From the NCBI GenBank assembly GCA_017454945.1, contig JAFTCA010000094.1:1817-65816 (forward strand): a DNA stretch of 64,000 nucleotides. The letters run 5' to 3'. The translations under genes and the position numbers were made by a program. Shown piece by piece: positions 1-7,698 of this stretch (position 1 is its first letter; each line of letters starts with the position of its first letter). Under the pieces are notes generated by a model, which did not search any database, was not told the origin of the DNA, and saw only the letters and a program-made list of their open reading frames with translations. This DNA comes from Bacteroidales bacterium (GTDB lineage Bacteria > Bacteroidota > Bacteroidia > Bacteroidales > WCHB1-69).

Positions 1-1
1 T

Positions 2-277
2 ATGGACCCCGTGGTGGCAGACGCCCATCGGCTCATCCCCGACGGCCGCTTCTACAGCGAAAGCTTGTGGATCAACAACTCAAACCACGCTCGCCGCGAC
101 ATGATCATCTCCAACTGGCTCACTGTCATCAACCGCGAATCGGGCATCCGCACATACAACAAGCAACGCCCCACAGCCAAAGGCATCTATAATCTTAACG
201 GTCAGCAACTTCCTCAAGCTCCCGACCATGGAATTTATATCGAGAATGGGGTGAAGAAGGTAAGGATAAAGAATTGA
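2..277 (+). CDS. 3' end (partial) of a probable flavodoxin-like protein with a Prevotella-type C-terminal secretion tail
   Basis: Tail GIYNLNGQ...GIYIENGVKKV resembles short T9SS-type CTDs. Preceding VVADAHRL...SESLWINNSN...NWL resembles the end of Bacteroidales flavodoxin-like proteins (recognition from memory). ORF runs off the window edge. Confidence 0.6.
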   Translation: MDPVVADAHRLIPDGRFYSESLWINNSNHARRDMIISNWLTVINRESGIRTYNKQRPTAKGIYNLNGQQLPQAPDHGIYIENGVKKVRIKN

Positions 278-471
278 CAATTAATAATTTACAATTAACA
301 ATTTGTAATTTATAATGCACAATGCATAATTAAGAACAGAGAACAAAGAACAAATTCAGAATTCAAAGAACAGAAAAAAATAAAGTACAGACGCACGGCC
401 GTGCGTCTCTTCTACAACAATTCAACAATCAACAATTCTTCACTTCTCACTCCTCACTATTCACTTCTCAC
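272..471 (+). repeat. Modular heptamer/octamer array R1 (modules A-B-C-B-[palindrome]-G-F)
   Basis: 12 in-phase heptamers 272-355: AATTGAC AATTAAT AATTTAC AATTAAC AATTTGT AATTTAT AATGCAC AATGCAT AATTAAG AACAGAG AACAAAG AACAAAT. Then AATTCAG/AATTCAA, CAACAAT units, and TTCTCAC/TCCTCAC/TATTCAC units. Confidence 0.9.
385..415. repeat. REP-like palindrome
   Basis: Perfect 20-bp palindrome AGACGCACGGCCGTGCGTCT (389-408), preceded by GTAC and followed by CTTCTAC; resembles GTAG...CTAC-type REP elements. Confidence 0.65.
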
Positions 472-518
472 CTAATTGCATCATAATTTCACAACTTCAT
501 AACCAAACACCTATCATC

Positions 519-989
519 ATGAAAATCAAATTTTTATTACCCTTAATCGTATTAGGTATTATGTTATCATCCTGCAAAAAGGATATGAAAATCCAACCGC
601 CGGCACCTGTTCCGCAAAAAGCCGACTCCATGTTTGTCCTTGTTATCCAAGGCGACACCTTTAATGCTACCATGTCCGACAACGCAACGGCCGAGGCATT
701 TGCCGAAATGATGCCCCTCACTTTGACCATGAGCGACTTGAACGCCAATGAGAAATATCATTACATTGACCAGCAGCTACCTTCGAAACCTGTAGCCGTC
801 AAAACCATCCAAACCGGTGACATCATGCTCTACGGAACATCTTGTATTGTACTGTTTTACAAAGACTTGACAACACCCTACGAATACACCAAAATCGGAC
901 ACATCACGAACACCGCCCGCCTGATGGAGGCCGTTGGCGCAGGTAATGTGGACGTGGCGTTCGACGTGAAAGCGAAGGAAGAGGAATAA
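519..989 (+). CDS. Cyclophilin-like fold lipoprotein
   Basis: Lipobox LSSC; PLTLTMSDLNANEKY...GDIMLYGTSCIVLFY...YTKIG is typical of the cyclophilin-like family. Confidence 0.8.
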   Translation: MKIKFLLPLIVLGIMLSSCKKDMKIQPPAPVPQKADSMFVLVIQGDTFNATMSDNATAEAFAEMMPLTLTMSDLNANEKYHYIDQQLPSKPVAVKTIQTGDIMLYGTSCIVLFYKDLTTPYEYTKIGHITNTARLMEAVGAGNVDVAFDVKAKEEE

Positions 990-996
990 AGAGAGG

Positions 997-1176
997 CAAT
1001 TCGCAATTAAGAACAGAGAACAGAGAACAGAGAACAAAGAACAAAGAACAAATTCAAAGTTCAAAATTCAAAAATCTATAACTCTTAACTTCTTAGTTCC
1101 TTAACTTCTTAACCATTCACTACTCACTCCTCACTTCAAAGATTAAACAATTCAACAATCCAACACTTCAACCATC
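997..1176 (+). repeat. Modular array R2 (A-B-C-E-F-G), ending at the ATG of the ADH gene
   Basis: GAACAGA x3 and GAACAAA x3 (1011-1052), TTCAAA(G/A) x3, TTCTTAAC-type octamers, TCACT heptamers, then TTCAACAA-type octamers abutting the ATG. Confidence 0.9.
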
Positions 1177-2343
1177 ATGAACGGCAATTTTAAATACTGG
1201 AATCCAACCAAATTATATTTCGGCGAAAACTCATTGAACTATCTGGCCGACGAACTCAAGAACTACGGTCCTGTGGTAATGCTCTCATACGGAGGCGGTT
1301 CTATCAAACGCAATGGCATTTACGATGCTGTCATCGACATTCTCAAGAAAGCTGGCAAAACCATCATTGAGGATGCCGGTGTAATGCCCAACCCCACGGT
1401 AGAGAAGTTGTACGAAGGCGCACGCATGGCCCGCGAAAACAATGTGGACCTGATTCTGGCAGTGGGCGGCGGCTCAACCATCGACTACGCCAAGGGCGTG
1501 AGCACCTCCGCATGGTGCGAAGAGGACCCGTGGCAGAAATACTACCTCCGCGGTGAGGAGGCCACCTGCAAAGTGATTCCTGTGGGCAGCATCCTGACGA
1601 TGGTCGGCACGGGCAGCGAGATGAACGGCGGCAGTGTCATTACCAACCACGCCGAAGGACTGAAAGTAGGCAAAGTGTTCGGTCCTTACGCCTTCCCGAA
1701 ATTCACCATCCTCAACCCGACATTCACCTACACAGTTCCTCAATATCAGATGGTTGCAGGCTTCTACGATATTATGTGCCACATCTTGGAGCAGTATCTG
1801 AGCGACGATGACGACAACACCACCGACTACATCGCCGAAGGGCTGATGCAATCGCTGATACGGAGCAGTCGCGTGGCAGTGAAGAACCCGCGCGACTACG
1901 AAGCACGCTCGAACATCATGTGGACAGCCACTTGGGCACTGAACACGCTCCTCAAAATGGGCAAATCCACCGACTGGGAAGTGCACATGATTGGCCAAGC
2001 CGTTGGCGCCCACACCAATGCCACCCACGGCATGACCTTAGCGGCCGTTTCGATGGCCTACTACCACCACATTCTGGATGCCGGCCTGCCCAAATTCGTG
2101 CGCTTTGCCCAAAACGTTTGGGGCATCCACGGCGAGGGCAAATCTGACCGACAGATTGCAGAAGAGGGCTTACAAGCATTGGAGGCATGGATGCGCGAGA
2201 TTGGCGTGGTGCTGCACCTGAAGGAACTCGGCGTCACCGACGAGATGATTCCCGCCATTGCCGACAGCACCTTCCTGCTCACTGGCGGCTACAAGACGCT
2301 CACCCGCGAAGAAGTGATTGAAATTCTGAAAGAAAGCATGTAA
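1177..2343 (+). CDS. Iron-containing alcohol dehydrogenase (butanol dehydrogenase/YqhD-like)
   Basis: NPTKLYFG, YGGGSIKRNG, AVGGGSTID, GTGSEMN; metal ligands in D..CH, H and HG motifs. Confidence 0.92.
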   Translation: MNGNFKYWNPTKLYFGENSLNYLADELKNYGPVVMLSYGGGSIKRNGIYDAVIDILKKAGKTIIEDAGVMPNPTVEKLYEGARMARENNVDLILAVGGGSTIDYAKGVSTSAWCEEDPWQKYYLRGEEATCKVIPVGSILTMVGTGSEMNGGSVITNHAEGLKVGKVFGPYAFPKFTILNPTFTYTVPQYQMVAGFYDIMCHILEQYLSDDDDNTTDYIAEGLMQSLIRSSRVAVKNPRDYEARSNIMWTATWALNTLLKMGKSTDWEVHMIGQAVGAHTNATHGMTLAAVSMAYYHHILDAGLPKFVRFAQNVWGIHGEGKSDRQIAEEGLQALEAWMREIGVVLHLKELGVTDEMIPAIADSTFLLTGGYKTLTREEVIEILKESM

Positions 2344-2897
2344 TGATGGGCGACTACAAAATCATTTCCGAACGGCAGGAAAAGGTGTTGCACTATCTGG
2401 AAGAGCATAACATCCCGTTTACGACCTACAACCACCCTGAAGGCAAGACCATCGAGGAGGCCAAGCGGTGGTGGCACGACGACGGCAGTATGCATTGCAA
2501 GAACATCTTCATGCGCAACCATAAGGGCGACCAGCACTACCTGATCTGCTTCCCCTGCGATGACGACTTGGCCATTCACGATATCGAGCACTGGCTGAAG
2601 GATGTATTAGTTTCACAAGGGATGAAAGCGCCCGGCAAGCTCTCGTTCGCCTCACCCGAGCGGATGATGCGCTACTTAGGCCTGGAACCCGGCAGTGTCA
2701 GCCCTTTCGGCTTGATTAACGATACGGAGCACCACGTGATACTATTCTTAGACAGACGACTGAAAGATGCCCCCTCACTGAGTTTTCACCCGAACGACTG
2801 CCGTGGCACAGTGGTCATCACCCAAGAGGCGTTTCAAAAGTACTTGACCAGCGTAGGCAATAAAGTGGAATATATTTGTACAGAGGCAAAGTCCTAA
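2343..2897 (+). CDS. YbaK/ProXp-ala (PrdX)-type aminoacyl-tRNA editing protein
   Basis: HCKNIFMRNHKG, LSFASPERM, PGSVSPFGL, FHPND motifs. Confidence 0.85.
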   Translation: MMGDYKIISERQEKVLHYLEEHNIPFTTYNHPEGKTIEEAKRWWHDDGSMHCKNIFMRNHKGDQHYLICFPCDDDLAIHDIEHWLKDVLVSQGMKAPGKLSFASPERMMRYLGLEPGSVSPFGLINDTEHHVILFLDRRLKDAPSLSFHPNDCRGTVVITQEAFQKYLTSVGNKVEYICTEAKS

Positions 2898-2898
2898 A

Positions 2899-4005
2899 TT
2901 ACCGTTCAAACGACAGCTGGAGAAGATAAAGCCCCTTGTTGCCAGCCTCTTTGGCTTGGGTAGCAAGCTGCCCGATGGCAGATTCTGCACTGCGACCGAC
3001 ATCTATGATAAGGCCGTGCTTCATGTCCGTGAAAGCCGTGAGCATGGCCACATCGCCATTGCTGTCGCCGGCAACCAGCACAGGTCCGGCATTGCCATGC
3101 GAAGGCGCCATATACGCCCGGATGCAGTCCACCTTCCCCTCCCTATTGGGCTGCTCATAATTTTGGTCGAACTGCGCTACAATCCTCTCTCCCGCAACAA
3201 AACGGAGTCCAAACACCCTATCTGCGGACAGGCCGAGCCCTAACACAGGATCGCAGGCCAGCGCTTCCACAATGAGTTCCAAAGAGGCAGAACAGATATA
3301 TGTGTCAATCCCCGCCTCTTCGAGACAGCGATACAGATTTTTCATCTCGGGAGAGAGCCAGATGCCGCGTTGCACATCGCCACCCCAACGGCCGTCGGGC
3401 GAACGCCACTGCTCAACAGCCAACTTGTTCCTACCCAAATGCTCGACAATGGCCTCATGGACAAGCTCTTTAGCCTCGACTTCGGTATAGCCTGCTAGCA
3501 GTCCGGGCTGCCAAAGGTAGGTCACCCAACTGCCCCACTGCTCATCCATCGCCTCCATAAGAGACAACATGCGAGCACGAAAGTCGAGGTACTCGTCTGA
3601 TTGACGAATGACTTCGATGCTTTCGCCCGCATCCAACCTCGACTTAAGAATTTGATACTCAGCCGACAGAACATCCCCCATCTCTGCGTAAGTCAGTCCC
3701 ATCTCTGGCATTGCCTCTTCTGGTGTTGGAATGCCGTCCAAGAAGTGGTGGATGGGGGCATCGGCAAAACGCAGATGCTCAATCTGATATACCCAGAGAG
3801 CATTCGAAATGTCGTGTACGATGGATGTCTGGTCGAAATCGAACACGGCATACGAGCCATGCCCAGCATTGGCCATAAGTTCATTAAGTGCTTCCCGCAC
3901 CTGCGGGTCCCACTTGCCTTCCTGAAGGATTACCGTTTCAGGTTCACGGGTACAAGAAACTGCCAGCAATAGGCAGAGGGCGCTGATGAAAAATTTTCTA
4001 ATCAT
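2899..4005 (-). CDS. HAD-superfamily phosphatase, lipoprotein
   Basis: Lipobox AVSC; HAD motifs DFDQT, ICSAS, GK, GDSNGD. Confidence 0.85.
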   Translation of the reverse strand: MIRKFFISALCLLLAVSCTREPETVILQEGKWDPQVREALNELMANAGHGSYAVFDFDQTSIVHDISNALWVYQIEHLRFADAPIHHFLDGIPTPEEAMPEMGLTYAEMGDVLSAEYQILKSRLDAGESIEVIRQSDEYLDFRARMLSLMEAMDEQWGSWVTYLWQPGLLAGYTEVEAKELVHEAIVEHLGRNKLAVEQWRSPDGRWGGDVQRGIWLSPEMKNLYRCLEEAGIDTYICSASLELIVEALACDPVLGLGLSADRVFGLRFVAGERIVAQFDQNYEQPNREGKVDCIRAYMAPSHGNAGPVLVAGDSNGDVAMLTAFTDMKHGLIIDVGRSAESAIGQLATQAKEAGNKGLYLLQLSFER

Positions 4006-4073
4006 TTACCGATGATGAATTTCTGAATGCACAATGAAATTACAATATTACAAAAAATTCTTCCAAAAAACCG

Positions 4074-4104
4074 TTGTAAAAAAGTGACAAAATACATATC
4101 TTTG
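4074..4104 (+). promoter_or_regulatory. Bacteroidetes sigma-70 promoter of the Na/Pi cotransporter gene
   Basis: TTG (4074-4076), N20, then TATCTTTG (4097-4104), 19 nt before the ATG. Confidence 0.7.
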
Positions 4105-4123
4105 CAGCCGAAAAAACAACCGT

Positions 4124-6088
4124 ATGTTAGTTGCCTTGAAACTCTTGGGCTGCATTGCCCTTTTGATATACGGCATGAAAGTCATGAGCGAGGCCCTGCA
4201 GAAAATGGCGGGTCCGCAATTGCGCCACCTTCTAGGCGCCATGACCACCAACCGCTTCTCTGGCGTCGCCACCGGCGCCCTCGTCACTGTCGCTGTCCAA
4301 TCTTCGGCGGCCACCACGGTTATGACGGTTTCGTTTGTCAACGCCGCCCTCCTCACACTGGCGCAGGCTATCTCCATCATCATGGGCGCCAACATCGGCA
4401 CCACGATGAGCGCCTGGATTATGTCGGCAGGCTTCTCCTTCAACATCATCAACGCAGTGTGGCCAGCCTTCCTCATCGGCATTGTCCTCATCCAGATGGG
4501 CAAACACCGCTACATCGGCGACTTCCTCTTCGGACTTTCCTTCTTGCTTTTTGCGTTGGGCATGCTACGACAGACCGGCATTGAAATGGACCTTGCCAGC
4601 AAGCCCGAAGTGGTGAACTTCTTCGCCTCGTTCGACTCGGGAAGTTACCTCACCATTCTGCTTTTCCTACTCATTGGCACTATTCTGACCTTCATAGCCC
4701 AATCCTCCGCAGCGCTCATGGCCATTACCATGGTGCTCTGCTCTACCGGCGCCATCTCCATCTTCCAGGGCATTGCACTGGTTATGGGCGAAAACATCGG
4801 CACCACGCTCACCGCCAACCTTGCAGCCCTGTCGGCCAACACACAGGCGCGAAGAGCGGCTATGGCACACTTGCTGTTCAATGTTTTCGGCGTCATTTGG
4901 GTACTGATAGTGTTCTATCCTTTCGTGAAATTGGTTTGCCGCATCGTAGGCCTTGACCCGACGGCCGACACCATCGATACGGCGCGACTTACTTTTGCGC
5001 TGGCGACATTCCACACAGGATTCAACGTTATCAATACAACCCTGCTCATCGGATTCATCCCGCAGATAGAGAAAATCGTCTGCAAAATCATACGCTCCCA
5101 GAAGGTTGACGATGAAGACGAATTCCGCCTGCAGTACATTCGCGGCGGTATCATGAAAACCCCTGAAATCTCCGTCCTGCAGGCACAGAAAGAGATTATC
5201 GTCTTTGGCGAGAAGACACAGCGTATGTTCGCACTGGTGCAGGAACTTTATAACACCAAAGATGAGCAGACCTTCACCAAACTATTCGAGCGAATACAGC
5301 ACGGCGAAGAAGGCAGCGACCGCATGGAAAACGAGATTGGCCGCTACTTGGGCGATGTGGGCGCAGCTCACCTTTCCGATGAGACCAAAGAGAAAATCCG
5401 CGCCATGCTCCGCCAGATTGGCGAGCTGGAGTCTGTGAGCGACAGCTGCTTTAACTTGGCACGCACCATTCGCCGCAAGCGAAACAGCAAGATTGCCTTC
5501 ACCCAACAGCAAGACGAAGGCATTCAGAAGTTATTCGGTCTTGTGAATGAAGCGCTTACGAGAATGAACGTCCTTCTCTCCGGCCGAAAGGAAGAGTACG
5601 ATATTGCGCAGTCGGAAGATATGGAACACCAGATCAACGCTTGTCGTAACAGCCTCAAGCAACAGAATATCGAAAACCTCAACGCTCGCTTGTACGGCTA
5701 CGATGAAGGCACCGTCTTTGCCGACCTGTTCAACGAATGCGAAAAGACGGGTGATTACATCATCAATGTGGTGGAAGCCCGTATGGGTGCGGTAAGAAAC
5801 GGCATCCGCTTCCGCGGTATCCAGATTGATACGGACGCAAAAACAATCAGCGTGGACGGTGAGGAGGTTTCTTTCACCAAAAACGAATACGAACTGCTGA
5901 AATTCTTCCTGGAGAACAGGGATAAGGTTTTCTCTAAAGACCAACTGCTTTCGGCTGTATGGCCCGATGATGCTACAGCCACACCACATTTGGTGGAAAT
6001 GACCATCACGCATATACGAAGGAAAATCGGCCCCTATGCCGACAACTTGGTGGAACTCCAAGGCTGGGGCTACTCATTCCAAGAATAA
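4124..6088 (+). CDS. Na+/phosphate cotransporter (NptA family) with PhoU-like region, fused to a C-terminal OmpR/PhoB-type winged-helix domain
   Basis: Two QSS..A / GANIGTT-GENIGTT repeats; PhoU-like helices (ELESVSD, ECEKTGDYIINV); tail FTKNEYELL...VFSKDQLLSAVW...ITHIRRKI...GWGYSF. Confidence 0.9.
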   Translation: MLVALKLLGCIALLIYGMKVMSEALQKMAGPQLRHLLGAMTTNRFSGVATGALVTVAVQSSAATTVMTVSFVNAALLTLAQAISIIMGANIGTTMSAWIMSAGFSFNIINAVWPAFLIGIVLIQMGKHRYIGDFLFGLSFLLFALGMLRQTGIEMDLASKPEVVNFFASFDSGSYLTILLFLLIGTILTFIAQSSAALMAITMVLCSTGAISIFQGIALVMGENIGTTLTANLAALSANTQARRAAMAHLLFNVFGVIWVLIVFYPFVKLVCRIVGLDPTADTIDTARLTFALATFHTGFNVINTTLLIGFIPQIEKIVCKIIRSQKVDDEDEFRLQYIRGGIMKTPEISVLQAQKEIIVFGEKTQRMFALVQELYNTKDEQTFTKLFERIQHGEEGSDRMENEIGRYLGDVGAAHLSDETKEKIRAMLRQIGELESVSDSCFNLARTIRRKRNSKIAFTQQQDEGIQKLFGLVNEALTRMNVLLSGRKEEYDIAQSEDMEHQINACRNSLKQQNIENLNARLYGYDEGTVFADLFNECEKTGDYIINVVEARMGAVRNGIRFRGIQIDTDAKTISVDGEEVSFTKNEYELLKFFLENRDKVFSKDQLLSAVWPDDATATPHLVEMTITHIRRKIGPYADNLVELQGWGYSFQE

Positions 6089-6093
6089 CGCCC

Positions 6094-6543
6094 CTACTCT
6101 CTCTTTTTCCGTTTGATTTTGTGTAAGAAGAAATTGAAGGCTTCGAGACCTATCAGTACCAAGATGGTACTGGCAGTGGCGATGATATACATGCCGCCGC
6201 CGCAAGCTAAGCCAATCGCGGCAGTAACCCACAAGCAGGCCGCCGTGGTGATGCCGCTGACTATATTCTCACTCTTATGAAAGATAATCGCGCCGGCGCC
6301 AATGAAGCCGATGCCCGAAACCACCTGCGCTGCAATACGCGCCACATCCCAGCGGGAAGTCGCCACCATGGGCACCGTGCTAAAACCGTAGGCCGAAACA
6401 ATCATAAACAGCGCAGAGCCAAGCGCCACCAAGAAATGCGTGCGGAAACCCGCCTCCTTGGCACGGTATTCACGCTCCAAACCTATCAAGCCACCCAACA
6501 CCGTGGCCGCAAATATACGTAGTACAAATTCCCACTCGGACAT
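6094..6543 (-). CDS. MgtC/SapB family membrane protein (N-terminal domain only)
   Basis: GLERE...AGFRTH, RIAAQVVSGIGFIGAG, GITTAA. Confidence 0.92.
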   Translation of the reverse strand: MSEWEFVLRIFAATVLGGLIGLEREYRAKEAGFRTHFLVALGSALFMIVSAYGFSTVPMVATSRWDVARIAAQVVSGIGFIGAGAIIFHKSENIVSGITTAACLWVTAAIGLACGGGMYIIATASTILVLIGLEAFNFFLHKIKRKKRE

Positions 6544-6548
6544 AATCT

Positions 6549-6672
6549 TTTACAATTTATAATTTACAATTTATAATTCACAATTAAGAACAAAGAACCA
6601 ATTCAATAACCCTTATCTCCATTCCGCAAGCGTAGCGCAGCGGAATCTCCTTCACTTTTCACTCCTCACTTC
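6549..6672 (+). repeat. Modular array R3 (A-B-C-E'-[hairpin H]-F), antisense to both flanking genes
   Basis: AATTTAT AATTTAC AATTTAT AATTCAC AATTAAG AACAAAG, AATTCAA, TAACCCTTA, hairpin 6617-6646, then TTCACTT TTCACTC CTCACTT. Confidence 0.85.
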
Positions 6673-7420
6673 CAAAATAGTACTGCCCCTTCCCTTTCGT
6701 GGCTTTGCCAAACTGGATGGCATGCTGCGGACAGTGGTGGTAGCAGGCATCGCAGTTGGTGCAGTGGCCGTGCCATTTCGGGCGACCCTCCTCCAAGGTA
6801 ATGTTCTGTAACGGACATACGCTCACGCACTTACCGCACGAAACGCATGCATCGGTAGCGAAGAACGGCTCGTCGGAAACCCACTTGCCAAAGCCCTTGC
6901 CGATAACATTGGTCTTAAACCCCGGGAATGCGCCACGGCGCATTTCAGCCGCCGCCTCACGATCTCGAATATGCTGGACGACAGCAGGCAAATGCGCCTT
7001 CGAGCGTGCAATCTTGCGCTGCGCCCTGGCAGGCTTGTCGATGGTCATGCCAGCCATGTTGACATACACATTGGGCATCACAAAACAAAAGTCGGCGTGC
7101 AAAGGCAAACCGATTTCCTCCAGCTGCTGACGGAACACATGGTCGGCATGGCCGCCATTGCTGCCACAAGTGACCGCCATCCACACATAGTCGGGATGCC
7201 GATCGAAATGGAGTTTGCGCACAAACGCCGACACCAATGCAGGCGGCCGCCACGAATAAATCGGGAAGACGAAGCCCACCCGCTCATTCTCAGCCAAAGT
7301 GTAAGCAAACTGCTGTTCACGTTCGGCCTCGGGGATGAAAATCAGCCTGTCATTCAATTCCTTAGCAATACTCTCAGCAATAAAGCGACTGTTGCCGCAT
7401 CCAGAAAAATAGAAAATCAT
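6659..7420 (-). CDS. EFR1-family flavodoxin/2x[4Fe-4S] ferredoxin fusion
   Basis: MIFYFSGCGNS start (ATG at 7420 preferred over ORF start 7468; TATTTTTG box just upstream). CVSCGKCVSVCP and CTNCDACYHHCP motifs. Confidence 0.9.
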   Translation of the reverse strand: MIFYFSGCGNSRFIAESIAKELNDRLIFIPEAEREQQFAYTLAENERVGFVFPIYSWRPPALVSAFVRKLHFDRHPDYVWMAVTCGSNGGHADHVFRQQLEEIGLPLHADFCFVMPNVYVNMAGMTIDKPARAQRKIARSKAHLPAVVQHIRDREAAAEMRRGAFPGFKTNVIGKGFGKWVSDEPFFATDACVSCGKCVSVCPLQNITLEEGRPKWHGHCTNCDACYHHCPQHAIQFGKATKGKGQYYFGSEE

Positions 7421-7503
7421 ACTCCAAATATTAGGTTGCAAAAATAATGAAAATAATTTCCTCAGCACAAAGCCACCTTGTTCCTAAATTTGAAAATTTT
7501 ACG

Positions 7504-7511
7504 TACATTTG
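7504..7511 (+). promoter_or_regulatory. -7 promoter box for rmuC
   Basis: TACATTTG matches TAnnTTTG; array R4 would lie within the 5' UTR. Confidence 0.6.
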
Positions 7512-7529
7512 CACTCCACAGCAAGGCGA

Positions 7530-7686
7530 AGAACAAAGAACAGAAAACAAATTCAGAATTCAAAATTCAAAAATAGATTTTAGATATTAGTTTTTAGTTT
7601 TTATAAATTCACTCCTTAACTCCATTCCGCAAGCGTAGCGCAGCGGAACCTCTTTCACTATTCACTATTCACTATTCACTCTTAAC
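7530..7686 (+). repeat. Modular array R4 (B-C-I-E'-[hairpin H]-F)
   Basis: AGAACAA/AGAACAG, AATTCAG/AATTCAA, TAGATTT TAGATAT TAGTTTT TAGTTTT, hairpin 7620-7648, TTCACTA x3. Confidence 0.88.
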
Positions 7687-7698
7687 CCCAAATTCCCC

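Noticed and set aside
777-1064. Small ORFs reading through arrays (VLCSLFSVLCSLF; also 27296-27529 FQFSVFNFQFSV)
   Set aside because: Peptide periodicity is a by-product of the heptamer DNA repeats, and the ORFs overlap real genes on the opposite strand.
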